DNA from: an uncultured Bacteroidales bacterium
Lineage (GTDB): Bacteria > Bacteroidota > Bacteroidia > Bacteroidales > VadinHA17
Length of the DNA stretch: 64,000 bases
Assembly: GCA_963789465.1 (NCBI GenBank)
Contig: CAWBLL010000019.1
Coordinates: 782,173 to 846,172, forward strand
Direction: 5' to 3'
This document shows positions 9,611 through 19,345 of this stretch, piece by piece (position 1 is the first letter of the stretch; the number at the start of each line of letters is the position of its first letter). The translations under genes and the position numbers were made by a program. The notes beneath the pieces were generated by a model, which saw only the letters and a list, made by a program, of their open reading frames with translations, was not told the DNA's origin and made no database searches.

Positions 9611-10537
9611 TCAGCCTTTATTATCCGGATTATCAGGATGGTCGTCAGAATATGGTTTTGCATAAAGGTCTTCAACTCTCACCCTGCTGATTTCAGGATC
9701 AGTGCTGATTATCTCGCTGGTTATATCCTCCCTGGCTTTTCCATTAAAATAGAGAATACAGGAAAATAAAGGAATCAGAGGCATTGTAAGTGCACCTGCC
9801 AGGGCCGAGAGAATTAAAAATAATGGATTGTTGACCATGTTGACAATTTCAGATGTCTCTCCAGGATTAAAAATTGTCTTTATGAAACTCCCTGTGAAAG
9901 GAAGCAGGATTATCCCTGACAAGATCAGCGACAGAACAATAAGTATGATGATGAATACGGCCACCCATCCAATGTTGGCCCAGAAATTTCTGTGAGCCAG
10001 CGTGATGGTCCTCCTGATAGTCTGGCTTATATTTGGTCCTTCAACCATCATCACGGGTAATATGAAAAGATACAGGGTCATGATATATAAAATTGAAAAA
10101 AACACTCCCACTACAAAAAGCAATATACCCAGTGCAATGGCAATTGAAGCAGCAACTGCCAGTAATACCATGATTATAAGATAAGGTATAAAATACTTCA
10201 TAGATGCGATTACCCCTGCAAAAAAACTGTTTTGTGTGTCGAGAGGACTGAAAATCACATAGTACTGAAGAATAACATTAAAGAACAGATTTACTATTGA
10301 GATTATCAGGATGGGAACGATCACCGCCTTTAATTTTTCCAGTATGAGCATGGGATCAGTGACTGTCGAAAGATCCTGCAGATTGACAAATGTGGAAACA
10401 TATTGCAATACCAGTGACATGGCAAATGACAGAATAAAAAGAGGCAGGAATTTTTTTTTGTAAAAATCCCATAATGAATTCATTGCACTGTCAATATTGT
10501 GAGGCTTATAAAGAGGATGATTGCTGAATTGATCCAT
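9611..10537 (-). CDS. Hypothetical multi-pass membrane protein (about 6 TM)
   Basis: 308 aa with long hydrophobic stretches; GPNISQTIRRTITLAHRNFW resembles membrane-anchor domains of glycerophosphodiester-phosphodiesterase-like proteins. Confidence 0.7.
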   Translation of the reverse strand: MDQFSNHPLYKPHNIDSAMNSLWDFYKKKFLPLFILSFAMSLVLQYVSTFVNLQDLSTVTDPMLILEKLKAVIVPILIISIVNLFFNVILQYYVIFSPLDTQNSFFAGVIASMKYFIPYLIIMVLLAVAASIAIALGILLFVVGVFFSILYIMTLYLFILPVMMVEGPNISQTIRRTITLAHRNFWANIGWVAVFIIILIVLSLILSGIILLPFTGSFIKTIFNPGETSEIVNMVNNPLFLILSALAGALTMPLIPLFSCILYFNGKAREDITSEIISTDPEISRVRVEDLYAKPYSDDHPDNPDNKG

Positions 10538-10774
10538 GATATTTCAAGATTTTTTGCCAAATCTAAGCAATAATATTTAATTATCCACTCAGTCAATGAG
10601 GTGCTTTCAACATTATGCCAAGGTTAACGTCACCCTGCTTTTTGTCACATAATGCAATAATTAAAGAATAAAATTATCAAATTTGTACTCTATTGTTAAT
10701 TAATTGATACATATTGGCTGACAAATCTTTTTTAATAAGAATATTTGATAAATATAATTAATACGACCAAGAAG

Positions 10775-11839
10775 ATGAAACTAAGAAAATTAAGCATACC
10801 GGTAGTAATTACCGTTTTGATTGGATTTGGCCTGGTATCGTGTACAGGCGGTGCATCTAAAAAGGGTGGGCATTCAGGCGTGGAATATTACAGGGCTCTT
10901 CAGTTCAGTGAAACACCGTATGATATTGAAAGGGGGACGCATCCTGTTACTCCTGATCAGGCTGCCTCGGTAAACAATTATAAATTTACCTATGACAATT
11001 CAGGACATCTCCTTTCAGTGGAATTTGGCCGCAACAACATTCTCCTTGATTATTCATCGATGGGAGGTGCGTCTAAAATCACATATGAGTATAAGGACAA
11101 TAAACAGATAAAAAGGTTCTTCAATAAGAATAATGAAGAGATTGAATCATCAGGCGTATATACTGCTGAATATACTCTGGATAAGAATGGATTAAGGACC
11201 GGATTGAAATTTTACGGGAAGGATGGATCGCCTGTGGAAAACAGGAATAAGATTCACTCTTATGACTGGAGTATCCTGGATAATGGTATGGTCAGGGAGC
11301 TCAGATATAATCTGGCGAATGAGGAGGTTGTTATGAATCCTTTCTGTCCATTCTATGAGTTGCGATTCAGTTACAATGACAAGGGATACATGACAAGAAT
11401 GGCCAACTATAAGGCCGATACGCTATATAATTGCACTGCAGAAAACTGCGGCGATATTGGAGTCTCTTACTTTTCATTTATGCCAAATAAAAACGGCGAT
11501 AATGAAGAGTTCTCTGTTTTTAATGTATTCGGACAAATGTCAAATCTCTACTGGGGATGGTCAAAGAGGGTAACTAAATTTGATGAGAACGGCTATCCGG
11601 TCGAGATCCAAGTCTATGATCAGGATGACGAATACGTAGGAGGGAAGCTTACCCCGGTAGAAGTTCATACTTACGATACTCACGGAGCTCTGACCGAAGT
11701 CAGAAACATGGATAAGGACAGGAATCTGATCAACGACGAGGAAAGCGGGATCGCGATCACTGAATACAAATATGATGAACTTGGAAACAGAACGGAGACC
11801 TTAAAATTTGACAAGGACAGGGTTCCTGTGAATATCTGA
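10775..11839 (+). CDS. Lipoprotein with YD/RHS-like repeats
   Basis: Start at ATG 10775 gives signal MKLRKLSIPVVITVLIGFGLVS-C; repeated Y-x-Y-D-x-x-G motifs (FTYDNSG, YTLDKNG, FSYNDKG, KFDENG, HTYDTHG, YKYDELG). Confidence 0.75.
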   Translation: MKLRKLSIPVVITVLIGFGLVSCTGGASKKGGHSGVEYYRALQFSETPYDIERGTHPVTPDQAASVNNYKFTYDNSGHLLSVEFGRNNILLDYSSMGGASKITYEYKDNKQIKRFFNKNNEEIESSGVYTAEYTLDKNGLRTGLKFYGKDGSPVENRNKIHSYDWSILDNGMVRELRYNLANEEVVMNPFCPFYELRFSYNDKGYMTRMANYKADTLYNCTAENCGDIGVSYFSFMPNKNGDNEEFSVFNVFGQMSNLYWGWSKRVTKFDENGYPVEIQVYDQDDEYVGGKLTPVEVHTYDTHGALTEVRNMDKDRNLINDEESGIAITEYKYDELGNRTETLKFDKDRVPVNI

Positions 11840-11859
11840 TCCCTGCATAAAATCCTGAT

Positions 11860-12906
11860 ATGAATAAAAAATATATTCCGGCACTTGCCGCTGTATTCTT
11901 TTTACTGGTTTTTCTTACAGGTTGCAATGGGAATAAAACCGGAAATAAACCAGGTGGTGAGCATGTTTCCATCAGTGCAGAAAAAGCTCCCGTAATAATT
12001 GGAAAGGAGACCACTCTGCTTTTAAAAGACCTGAAGGAAAATGGCGATTATGTCAATAGCCAGGTCTTCCCGTCATTAATTAAGGCATCGATAGTTCACG
12101 ACAATATAGGTAAAAATATATTGATAGTTGATCTGAGATCACCTGAAAATTATTCAAAGGGGCATATCAAAGGGGCTGTCAATAAACGCTTTGAAGATCT
12201 TCCGGCATATTTTGAAACAGGTATCAAACCATTTCAGTATGACAAGATCGTTATGGTATGTTCTGATGGTCAGCTCTCCAGCTACACTACATGCCTGCTC
12301 AGGCTCATGGGATATGGAAATGTTTATGCCATGAGATGGGGAATGAGTGCCTGGAACAAGAGTTGTGCAAAGGAAGGGTGGCTGAAAGGTGTTTCATCCA
12401 GGCATGAACCCGATATTGAGACTAAGGTGAATGAGAAACCTGATGCCAGGGAGATGCCTGAACTGGGTACCGGAAAAAGTACCGGTGAGGATATAGGTGC
12501 AGCAAGATTTCACAGGCTGTTTGCCGAGGGTACTGGCAATATCTTAATATCAGCCGATGAAGTATTCTCTGATCCTCAGAAATACTTCATTGTAAATTAT
12601 GAAAGAAAAGATAAATATGAAGATGGCCATATCCCGGGGGCTGTCAGATATAAACCTGAAGCAACGCTGGGATATACTGATGAGCTGGCTACAATTCCTA
12701 CTGATAAAACTATAGTCGTCTATTGTGGCACAGGTCATAACTCTGGTTTCGCAACAGCATACCTGAGATTATTCGGATATGATGCCAGAACTTTGAGATT
12801 TGGCAACAATAGTTTTATGTATGACAAGATGGGCAGGGAGAGAGTTAAGCTGTCATGGCTGCCTTTCACGGAGGCTGAGGTGAATGATTTTGAGACTGTA
12901 AAATAG
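11860..12906 (+). CDS. Tandem-rhodanese (sulfurtransferase) lipoprotein
   Basis: Lipobox FLTG-C; two rhodanese domains (VDLRSPENYSKGHIKGA and YEDGHIPGA), each with an active-loop Cys (VCSDGQ, YCGTGH). Confidence 0.88.
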   Translation: MNKKYIPALAAVFFLLVFLTGCNGNKTGNKPGGEHVSISAEKAPVIIGKETTLLLKDLKENGDYVNSQVFPSLIKASIVHDNIGKNILIVDLRSPENYSKGHIKGAVNKRFEDLPAYFETGIKPFQYDKIVMVCSDGQLSSYTTCLLRLMGYGNVYAMRWGMSAWNKSCAKEGWLKGVSSRHEPDIETKVNEKPDAREMPELGTGKSTGEDIGAARFHRLFAEGTGNILISADEVFSDPQKYFIVNYERKDKYEDGHIPGAVRYKPEATLGYTDELATIPTDKTIVVYCGTGHNSGFATAYLRLFGYDARTLRFGNNSFMYDKMGRERVKLSWLPFTEAEVNDFETVK

Positions 12907-12927
12907 CTCTGTTATTATTTTAGATTA

Positions 12928-13398
12928 TCAGATTTCCGGTCTGACAGTTGTGTCGGGCCGGAATTCGTTTTTAAAATCTTCACCAGTATTAACATAAGAG
13001 AAAATATACAGGTTTTTAAAACCGGTCTGACTGAGTATCATCCATAACCTTGCCGAAAGTGCCGGATCAGAAGAGGACAACAATACCGGTCCATTATGTT
13101 CCCTGATCCTTTTAAGGTTCGATTTGTTAATGAGGGAATCCGGTGAAATATGGATTAATGTAACGGTTCCGTCATTCATCTCCTTCATGCTGTCGTCCAG
13201 ATCAACTATTAGTTTCTGACCGGGCAGGTTTCCCATTCCCTGTTCCGTTACTACATTTGAAAGATCGAATGATGGTGCAGCCCATTTTTTTGCATTATAT
13301 TTAAATGTATCGTTGCTGCAGGTTTTTAAGACCAGTAGGATAAGCAATGGCAGAACTGCCGCAATTATTATTCTGTATTTCTTTACCAGGTTCATCAT
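12928..13398 (-). CDS. Membrane-anchored degenerate rhodanese-like protein
   Basis: N-terminal hydrophobic anchor; LIVDLD and ARLWMILSQTGFKNLYIF resemble the rhodanese fold; no Cys in the active-loop position (VLLSSSDP). Confidence 0.6.
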   Translation of the reverse strand: MMNLVKKYRIIIAAVLPLLILLVLKTCSNDTFKYNAKKWAAPSFDLSNVVTEQGMGNLPGQKLIVDLDDSMKEMNDGTVTLIHISPDSLINKSNLKRIREHNGPVLLSSSDPALSARLWMILSQTGFKNLYIFSYVNTGEDFKNEFRPDTTVRPEI

Positions 13399-13412
13399 TA
13401 AGCCATTTTATT

Positions 13413-14024
13413 TCATTCACAGCCCCCGTCAAGCTTTTTGGCGGCAATGTGTTGCGCATCTATGAATTTCTGCTTCAGGCTGTCAGGAAGGCTGTTGATC
13501 TCAGTGAACATTCTCCTGGCCTGCAATCTGGTCTCAAAGAGTGCGTTTTCCCTTGCTGATATCCTTTCTCCCGTGAAGGTGCTGTTCATTACCTTGTTGA
13601 ACCATTCGTTCAGCCCCCCCTTCATTACATAAGTATTGTTGTATTTCAATCCCCTTGCAATAGTCAGGGCATAGTTTGAGTACAAATCTCCATTGGAATA
13701 AAATATATATTTTGCCTTACCGCTGTTTAATATCGCTTCAGGATCCTGGTCAAGAAACTCATTATAAGGTATATTGACCGAACCGGGAATATTGAATGCC
13801 ATGAATTCTTTCCTTGACCTGAGATCAATGAGTAGAACCGTATTATCTTCTGAGGCAACTACTCTGGCCACCTGGTCCGCAGTAAGATAGCTCTCCGGGT
13901 CAAGCATTTCACCCAGGACCTTATGAGGACTTGCATTGAATGATCTGTTCGACGAAAGTGGCAGCAGGGCCAGTATCAGGCCAAATGTCAGAAGTATAAC
14001 TGATATTTTTTCTCTTGGATTCAT
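13413..14024 (-). CDS. Membrane-anchored rhodanese-like protein with C-terminal GGC motif
   Basis: LIDLRSRKEFMAFNIPGSVNIP and YVMKGGLNEW rhodanese motifs; active-loop Cys replaced (IFYSNG); ends KKLDGGCE. Confidence 0.8.
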   Translation of the reverse strand: MNPREKISVILLTFGLILALLPLSSNRSFNASPHKVLGEMLDPESYLTADQVARVVASEDNTVLLIDLRSRKEFMAFNIPGSVNIPYNEFLDQDPEAILNSGKAKYIFYSNGDLYSNYALTIARGLKYNNTYVMKGGLNEWFNKVMNSTFTGERISARENALFETRLQARRMFTEINSLPDSLKQKFIDAQHIAAKKLDGGCE

Positions 14025-14035
14025 TTTTCTGATTT

Positions 14036-14638
14036 TTAATTTTCACTTGTTATCTCCGGCCTGGCAAACCTCTTCTCAGCGGCGTCGCCTATCCTGAACA
14101 TAGCAACAGCTGCTATTATGAGCAGGAATATAAAAATACCGGTAGGGATTCCCAGCGCCTCATCTATCTTAAGAGCCCCTTTATAGGACCCATTAGCCAG
14201 ACCTTGTATTGCGGGATAGGTTTCAGCAAAGAGAAAAGCGCCGGCAAATCCCCCAATCACATACGCCAATGCGTCTATCTTGCCTATCGACATTGCACTC
14301 AACCCTGTTCCGGGGCAGAATCCTCCCATAACAAAACCTGCACCCATTATTATTCCTCCAACAATAGATGCTGAAACATAAAATTCATTCACATATACCT
14401 GATTGAGATTCAGCAATCCGAAATAACTCAGGAACTGTGAACCTACAAGTGCTACAATTGCCGCAGTAAAGAAGACCTTTAAAACTGTAGTATCGTATCC
14501 GTAGAACATGCCGACAAGCTTTCGGCTCGAAGAGAATCCTGCCTGTTCGAGGGAGAATCCAAATCCTGTCCCGATAAGAAGGGGGACGAGTATCTGAAGC
14601 CAGCCTGCACCTGAGAAATGTGATAATATTGGACCCAT
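14036..14638 (-). CDS. YeeE/YedE family sulfur-compound transporter subunit
   Basis: Start at ATG 14638 (MGPIL); GFSLEQAGF, DTTVLKVFFTA, GFCPGT motifs. Confidence 0.88.
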   Translation of the reverse strand: MGPILSHFSGAGWLQILVPLLIGTGFGFSLEQAGFSSSRKLVGMFYGYDTTVLKVFFTAAIVALVGSQFLSYFGLLNLNQVYVNEFYVSASIVGGIIMGAGFVMGGFCPGTGLSAMSIGKIDALAYVIGGFAGAFLFAETYPAIQGLANGSYKGALKIDEALGIPTGIFIFLLIIAAVAMFRIGDAAEKRFARPEITSEN

Positions 14639-14705
14639 GGCTTTATTTCTTATTGAGATTTGATCATTTTTATGTCCGGGGCCTGCGAAAGGCTCCTGAG
14701 CTGTT

Positions 14706-15200
14706 TTAAATCCAGTTCTTTCTGAAGAACCATGCAAACAAATATGCGGAACCGAAGATGGCTATCATTGTAACAAATCCTGCAACTGAAAGAACAGCCA
14801 TTCCGGATAGTGCGGCGCCACTGGTACATCCTCGTGCCAGCTGGGCACCGTATACAAAAAAAACACCTCCCAGGAATGCCAGGAGAAGACGTCTTGAGTT
14901 TGAAATACGAGGTGATTTTTCAATTCTGAATTTCAATCTTTTTGATACAGCTCCTGAGATGAATCCTCCTGCCACCAGGCCAAGAATTTCAAATGTCAGC
15001 CAGTTGTTCAGGGGTTTCTTCCCGTTTTCAAAATATTTGCTGTAATAGACGGAACCTTCAGCGTGTGGCCTGTCAACGGCTCCTACTATCGAGACAACGC
15101 AGTATTTCATTCCCCCGCTTGCCCCAAGACCCCTTCCGGAAATAAACATTGCGAGAAGAAGCACTAGACCAAGCAACGTACCAGCAAGGTACGGATTCAT
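14706..15200 (-). CDS. YeeE/YedE family sulfur-compound transporter subunit
   Basis: MNPYLAG, GRGLGASG, GAQLARGCTSGAALSG motifs. Confidence 0.9.
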   Translation of the reverse strand: MNPYLAGTLLGLVLLLAMFISGRGLGASGGMKYCVVSIVGAVDRPHAEGSVYYSKYFENGKKPLNNWLTFEILGLVAGGFISGAVSKRLKFRIEKSPRISNSRRLLLAFLGGVFFVYGAQLARGCTSGAALSGMAVLSVAGFVTMIAIFGSAYLFAWFFRKNWI

Positions 15201-15463
15201 GTATTTGCTTTTTCATTGCTTTTACTTTTCAGTATATTCGGGTTCCTATTCATGCAAAAATAATAAATGTGAACCTCAGTCTAACATACGTGATGTCATT
15301 AAAGTTCGACGACTATGCCGGTTGTCTGTACATCAGGTTGTAAAAGACATTGTTAACCCTGTCATGACTCTCCCGGATAAATTACCGCTGTGACGGATAT
15401 ACGTGCGTCGTGTCAATGTTTAACTGACTACCTTAAATATTAATAAGTGTTCATGAATAGTTA

Positions 15464-15471
15464 TACCTTTG
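15464..15471 (+). promoter_or_regulatory. Bacteroidota sigma-A -7 element (TACCTTTG) upstream of truA
   Basis: Matches TAnnTTTG consensus 26 bp before the truA ATG; no clear -33 TTTG. Confidence 0.55.
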
Positions 15472-15497
15472 CCATTTATAATTATAAGAAAAAGATA

Positions 15498-16274
15498 ATG
15501 AGCCGGTTTAAACTTACAATAGAATATGATGGAACCCGATATGCAGGATGGCAGATACAGAAAGGAGGCAAGACCATTCAGGGAGAAATACTTGATGCCT
15601 GCAGGGACTTATTCGGAACAGGAGAAATCGACTTCTTTGGAGCCGGAAGGACAGACGGGGGAGTTCATGCTCTCGGACAGGTTGCTCATCTTGGTGTTGA
15701 AACTGATCTTGAGCCTCTGAGAATAAAATATGGGATCAATGACAGGCTTCCTCCGGATATATGCATTATAAATGTCGAAGAGGCTCATCCTAAATTTCAT
15801 GCAAGATATGATGCAAACGCCAGAAGTTATATCTATCAGATAAGCAGGAGACGCACCGCATTCGGGAAAAAAATTGTATGGTGGATAAAAGATCAGCTTG
15901 ATGTTGAAAAAATGAAGGAGGCGGCAAAAAATTTTCCTGGTCTGAAGGACTACAGGTCATATACCGATGAAGACCATGAACAAGCCTCCACAAAAGTTGA
16001 AATATTGCACGCATCAGTGAATGATTATGGTGATCTGATAATTTTTCATGTTATAGGTTCGCACTTTTTATGGAAGCAAGTCAGACGTATGACAGGTGTT
16101 CTGGTTGAAGCAGGAAGGGGCAAGCTGTCAGCACAGGAGATCTCCTCCTTCTTCAGGATAAGATCCGGGATGCCTGCCAGGCTTACTGCTCCCCCCAGCG
16201 GATTATTCCTTGAGAGGGTTTATTACCGTAATGAGGAGATTGTATTACAGACAAAACCGGTTATACAAATCTGA
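15498..16274 (+). CDS. truA: tRNA pseudouridine(38-40) synthase
   Basis: IEYDGTRYAGWQIQ, GAGRTDGGVHA, FHARYDA, FLWKQVRRM, TAPPSGLFL; start taken as ATG 15498. Confidence 0.95.
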   Translation: MSRFKLTIEYDGTRYAGWQIQKGGKTIQGEILDACRDLFGTGEIDFFGAGRTDGGVHALGQVAHLGVETDLEPLRIKYGINDRLPPDICIINVEEAHPKFHARYDANARSYIYQISRRRTAFGKKIVWWIKDQLDVEKMKEAAKNFPGLKDYRSYTDEDHEQASTKVEILHASVNDYGDLIIFHVIGSHFLWKQVRRMTGVLVEAGRGKLSAQEISSFFRIRSGMPARLTAPPSGLFLERVYYRNEEIVLQTKPVIQI

Positions 16275-16428
16275 GAACTCCTAACCCCGGACTGACCACA
16301 ACCATTTGCACGTGCAAATGTTATTATTCACAGATCTGAAATTAATATTATTAGAATATTATCATACGATTTCTTGTCAGATAGCTAATAATTTGTTAAC
16401 TTTTACCATGGTAAATAAACAAAGCGAT

Positions 16429-17393
16429 ATGAAAAGACGTGATTTTCTTAAAACATCTGCGATAGTAGCGCCTATGATAAGGATGTTCCCGGCAGATCTG
16501 AATTCAGTTATGAGGGAATCGCTTCCGGGCAAGATCGAGAAAAGATCTCTCGGACGGACAGGCGAAATGCTCAGCATGATCGGTTTTGGCGGAATACTTG
16601 TCATGGATGCCACTCCTGAGGAATCTTCCAGACCTGGTTAAACTTGCCATCGATTCAGGTATCAATTACTTCGATGTTGCACCTACATACGGAGATGCAG
16701 AAATAAAGCTCGGACCTGCCCTCGAACCATATCGCAAGGGTGTTTTCCTGGCATGCAAAACCACTGAACGGGATAAGGAGGGTTCACATGAAAGAGCTTG
16801 AACAGTCACTCCTGAACCTTCGCACAGATCATGTTGATCTGTATCAGTTTCATGCAGTTACAACACCCGAGGATGTCGAAAATATTTTCTCTTCGGGCGG
16901 TGCAATGGAGACATTCCTTGAAGCAAGGAAGGAAGGTAAGATCCGTTTTATTGGTTTTTCGGCACATTCAGTGGAAGCAGCAATGTCTATGATGGACAGG
17001 TTTGATTTTGATACAATTTTGTTCCCCGTTAATTATGTAACATGGAATGCAGGAAATTTCGGACCGCAGGTACTGGAAAGGGCGCATCAGAAAAAAATGG
17101 GCATTCTTGCACTGAAAGCCATGGCTAAGGGGCCCTGGCCAGAAGGTGCCGATAAATCAGAATATCCAAAATGCTGGTATGAACCGCTTGTAACTCCTGA
17201 TGACATAAAAATGGGTCTCAGTTTTACCCTGTCACATCCTGTAACAGCTGCAATTACACCAGGGGATCACAGATTATTCCGGACTGCCCTTAGCCTGGCA
17301 GATAGTATTAAGCCACTTCCGGAAAGTGAACTCCAGAAAATCAAAACCAGGGGAATGGCCGGTGTGCCTTTGTTTAAATATCCCAGGGCATAA
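16429..17393 (+). CDS. Aldo/keto reductase with twin-arginine signal; two apparent +1 frameshifts (about 16631 and 16787)
   Basis: MKRRDFLK signal; three overlapping ORF pieces (LGRTG..IGFGG / GINYFDVAPTYG..LACKT / LRTDHVDLYQFH..IRFIGFSAH) join into one AKR. Confidence 0.85.
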
Positions 17394-17407
17394 GGCTCTC
17401 AGATCTG

Positions 17408-17825
17408 TCAGAGGGTATATTTTAATTTCAGGTTACATTTCCTGTCGTAAATGTAATAACAGGGATTATCACACTGTGATTTATCATATTTCACACGTGG
17501 CGTTGCCGAGTCCACTGCAATGTATTTATCATCCTTTACATAGTAAGTTGCGGTGATGGTATATTTTCTGTTCAGCGGCACATCCCGTGTGAATACCTTG
17601 GAAAAGCTAGTAAAGCTTTCATTAAGGATACTGTCTTCCAGATTGCCTTCCCATATCTGTACAAGAGCGCCGTAAAAATATTCCGGGTCAAGATCGGCAT
17701 ATAACTCTGCAGTCACCGGCTCATCAGCAGTACAATCCGAACACGTTATAATAAAAGTCTGATCCTCGCATGAAAATGAGAATACCAAAATAAGAAATGC
17801 AATTAGCCTGATAGAATTTATGCAT
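17408..17825 (-). CDS. Hypothetical lipoprotein; apparent +1 frameshift near 17812 in the signal peptide
   Basis: ATG 17825 plus removal of one base gives MHKF-IRLIAFLILVFSFS-C lipobox, continuing into the 126-aa ORF; translationally adjacent to the ankyrin gene stop. Confidence 0.6.
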
Positions 17826-17827
17826 GC

Positions 17828-19345
17828 CTAGTACCATTTAATTGGGGATATCTGTGTTCTTACCCTGTCGAAAAACAGAGTATAGGAAAGTCCTGCTCTC
17901 ATCCAGACGGGTCCGATACGATAGAAGGGAGATTTGATATATTCCATCCCTAAAGATGCCGAAAATTTCTTTCTGGTCCACTTAAATGTAAGGTCAGGAA
18001 TTATCATGAATTTATTTGCAGGCACCATTAAAGTACCTTTCAATGTGTGGCCAAAGGAATATCCTGCCATCAATGTTGTAGTGAATGAGTAAGTGGATTT
18101 GAACGGATTCTCTGAAAGAACGAAATCCTTAAACACTCCTGCATATACCATATATCCTTTATCAAAATACTGATAATATGTATGTTCCGAATCTTTTTCC
18201 AATACCCTGGTATCCCATAATTTCATATCCAGCCCTGTTATTATGCCACCGTTAAGATATGGTTCCTTGAAAGACATACTGATGCCTGTATAATAATCCC
18301 TGGTGGTTAATCTTGATGAAAGAGTAACAGCTGTCTGGTCGATTCCTAATTTTACCTGACCGGGCACATTGTTCTTTTTCATGATACTGATTATTTCCTT
18401 TCTCCTGTATTTTGCCGCAACAAGATACGGATCGACGGCTTTTTCAGATATGTCAGTCCATTTATTCCCAATTCTGAGAAGATAATTCACCGCTTCAGGC
18501 TGGTCAGAGGAAATTGCCAGATCAAGGGCATTGTAATGGTTTTTAGTGGTGGCGTATATATTAACCCCATTCCTGAAGAGAAGATCCATAATAAGGGTAT
18601 CCCCATTAACCGAGGCCATAAGAAAAGGAGTAAATCCCAGATTATTGCTGGCTTCCTTATCGGCACCATTCTGTACAAGCAAATCAGCGAGATTTGCATA
18701 GCCGGCTGTTACTGCAGCCAGCAGAGGTGTTGTGCCGTCATCAGATTTCTGATTAATGGATGCATTATAATATAGAAGGAGATCAGTAATTTCAAGATAC
18801 CCGTTGATGGCAGCATAATGCAGTGGTGTAGCTCCGTTCCTGTCTACGAAATCGACATCAGCGCCGGCACGAATCAGGGCTTCACAGATATCAAAATCGT
18901 TATTCTTGACTGCCATAATTAGAGCCGTCTCAAAACTTGAAGTCAATTTTTCCAGATCCGGCTTGTATTTCAGCAGGGCCTTAACGGCAGGCAGGCTGTT
19001 ATTCAGGACGGCAAACATCAGCGGAGTGACTCCAGTTGTGGTGGTGGTATTGATATCAGCCCCTTCGCCAATCAAACGGTCGATCTCGGATACATAGCCC
19101 TTTGAAGCAGCTATCATTAGATTGTAATCCAATGATGATTCATAGAAAGCAGGCAGATAATCGGATGTGTCTATTGCCTCCGTCATATCGGATTTCTTTA
19201 ATGTGTCCACCTGTTGGGCCTTGACGAGAACTGAGTGGCATATAAAAAAACCAATAGGGAGGATCCATGAAATATATTTTTTGTTGGCCGGCATAAATAC
19301 AAAGTTAATTTTTTGAATCTTCATTCCTTGCATCTTGAACAGCAT
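17828..19345 (-). CDS. Exported ankyrin-repeat protein with C-terminal beta-rich (probable outer-membrane barrel) domain; start may be 19294
   Basis: Signal ending VKA-QQ; about 8 ankyrin repeats (GVTPLMFA, GATPLHYA, GTTPLLAA, GFTPFLMA); C-terminal amphipathic strands. Confidence 0.85.
   Translation of the reverse strand: MLFKMQGMKIQKINFVFMPANKKYISWILPIGFFICHSVLVKAQQVDTLKKSDMTEAIDTSDYLPAFYESSLDYNLMIAASKGYVSEIDRLIGEGADINTTTTTGVTPLMFAVLNNSLPAVKALLKYKPDLEKLTSSFETALIMAVKNNDFDICEALIRAGADVDFVDRNGATPLHYAAINGYLEITDLLLYYNASINQKSDDGTTPLLAAVTAGYANLADLLVQNGADKEASNNLGFTPFLMASVNGDTLIMDLLFRNGVNIYATTKNHYNALDLAISSDQPEAVNYLLRIGNKWTDISEKAVDPYLVAAKYRRKEIISIMKKNNVPGQVKLGIDQTAVTLSSRLTTRDYYTGISMSFKEPYLNGGIITGLDMKLWDTRVLEKDSEHTYYQYFDKGYMVYAGVFKDFVLSENPFKSTYSFTTTLMAGYSFGHTLKGTLMVPANKFMIIPDLTFKWTRKKFSASLGMEYIKSPFYRIGPVWMRAGLSYTLFFDRVRTQISPIKWY

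Noticed and set aside
10775-11839. RHS/YD polymorphic toxin
   Set aside because: Too short, carries a lipobox, and has no RHS core signature, toxin domain or immunity gene.
11860-15200. Possible selenocysteine read-through in rhodanese/YeeE genes
   Set aside because: No in-frame TGA at catalytic positions; the cysteines are present or replaced by sense codons.
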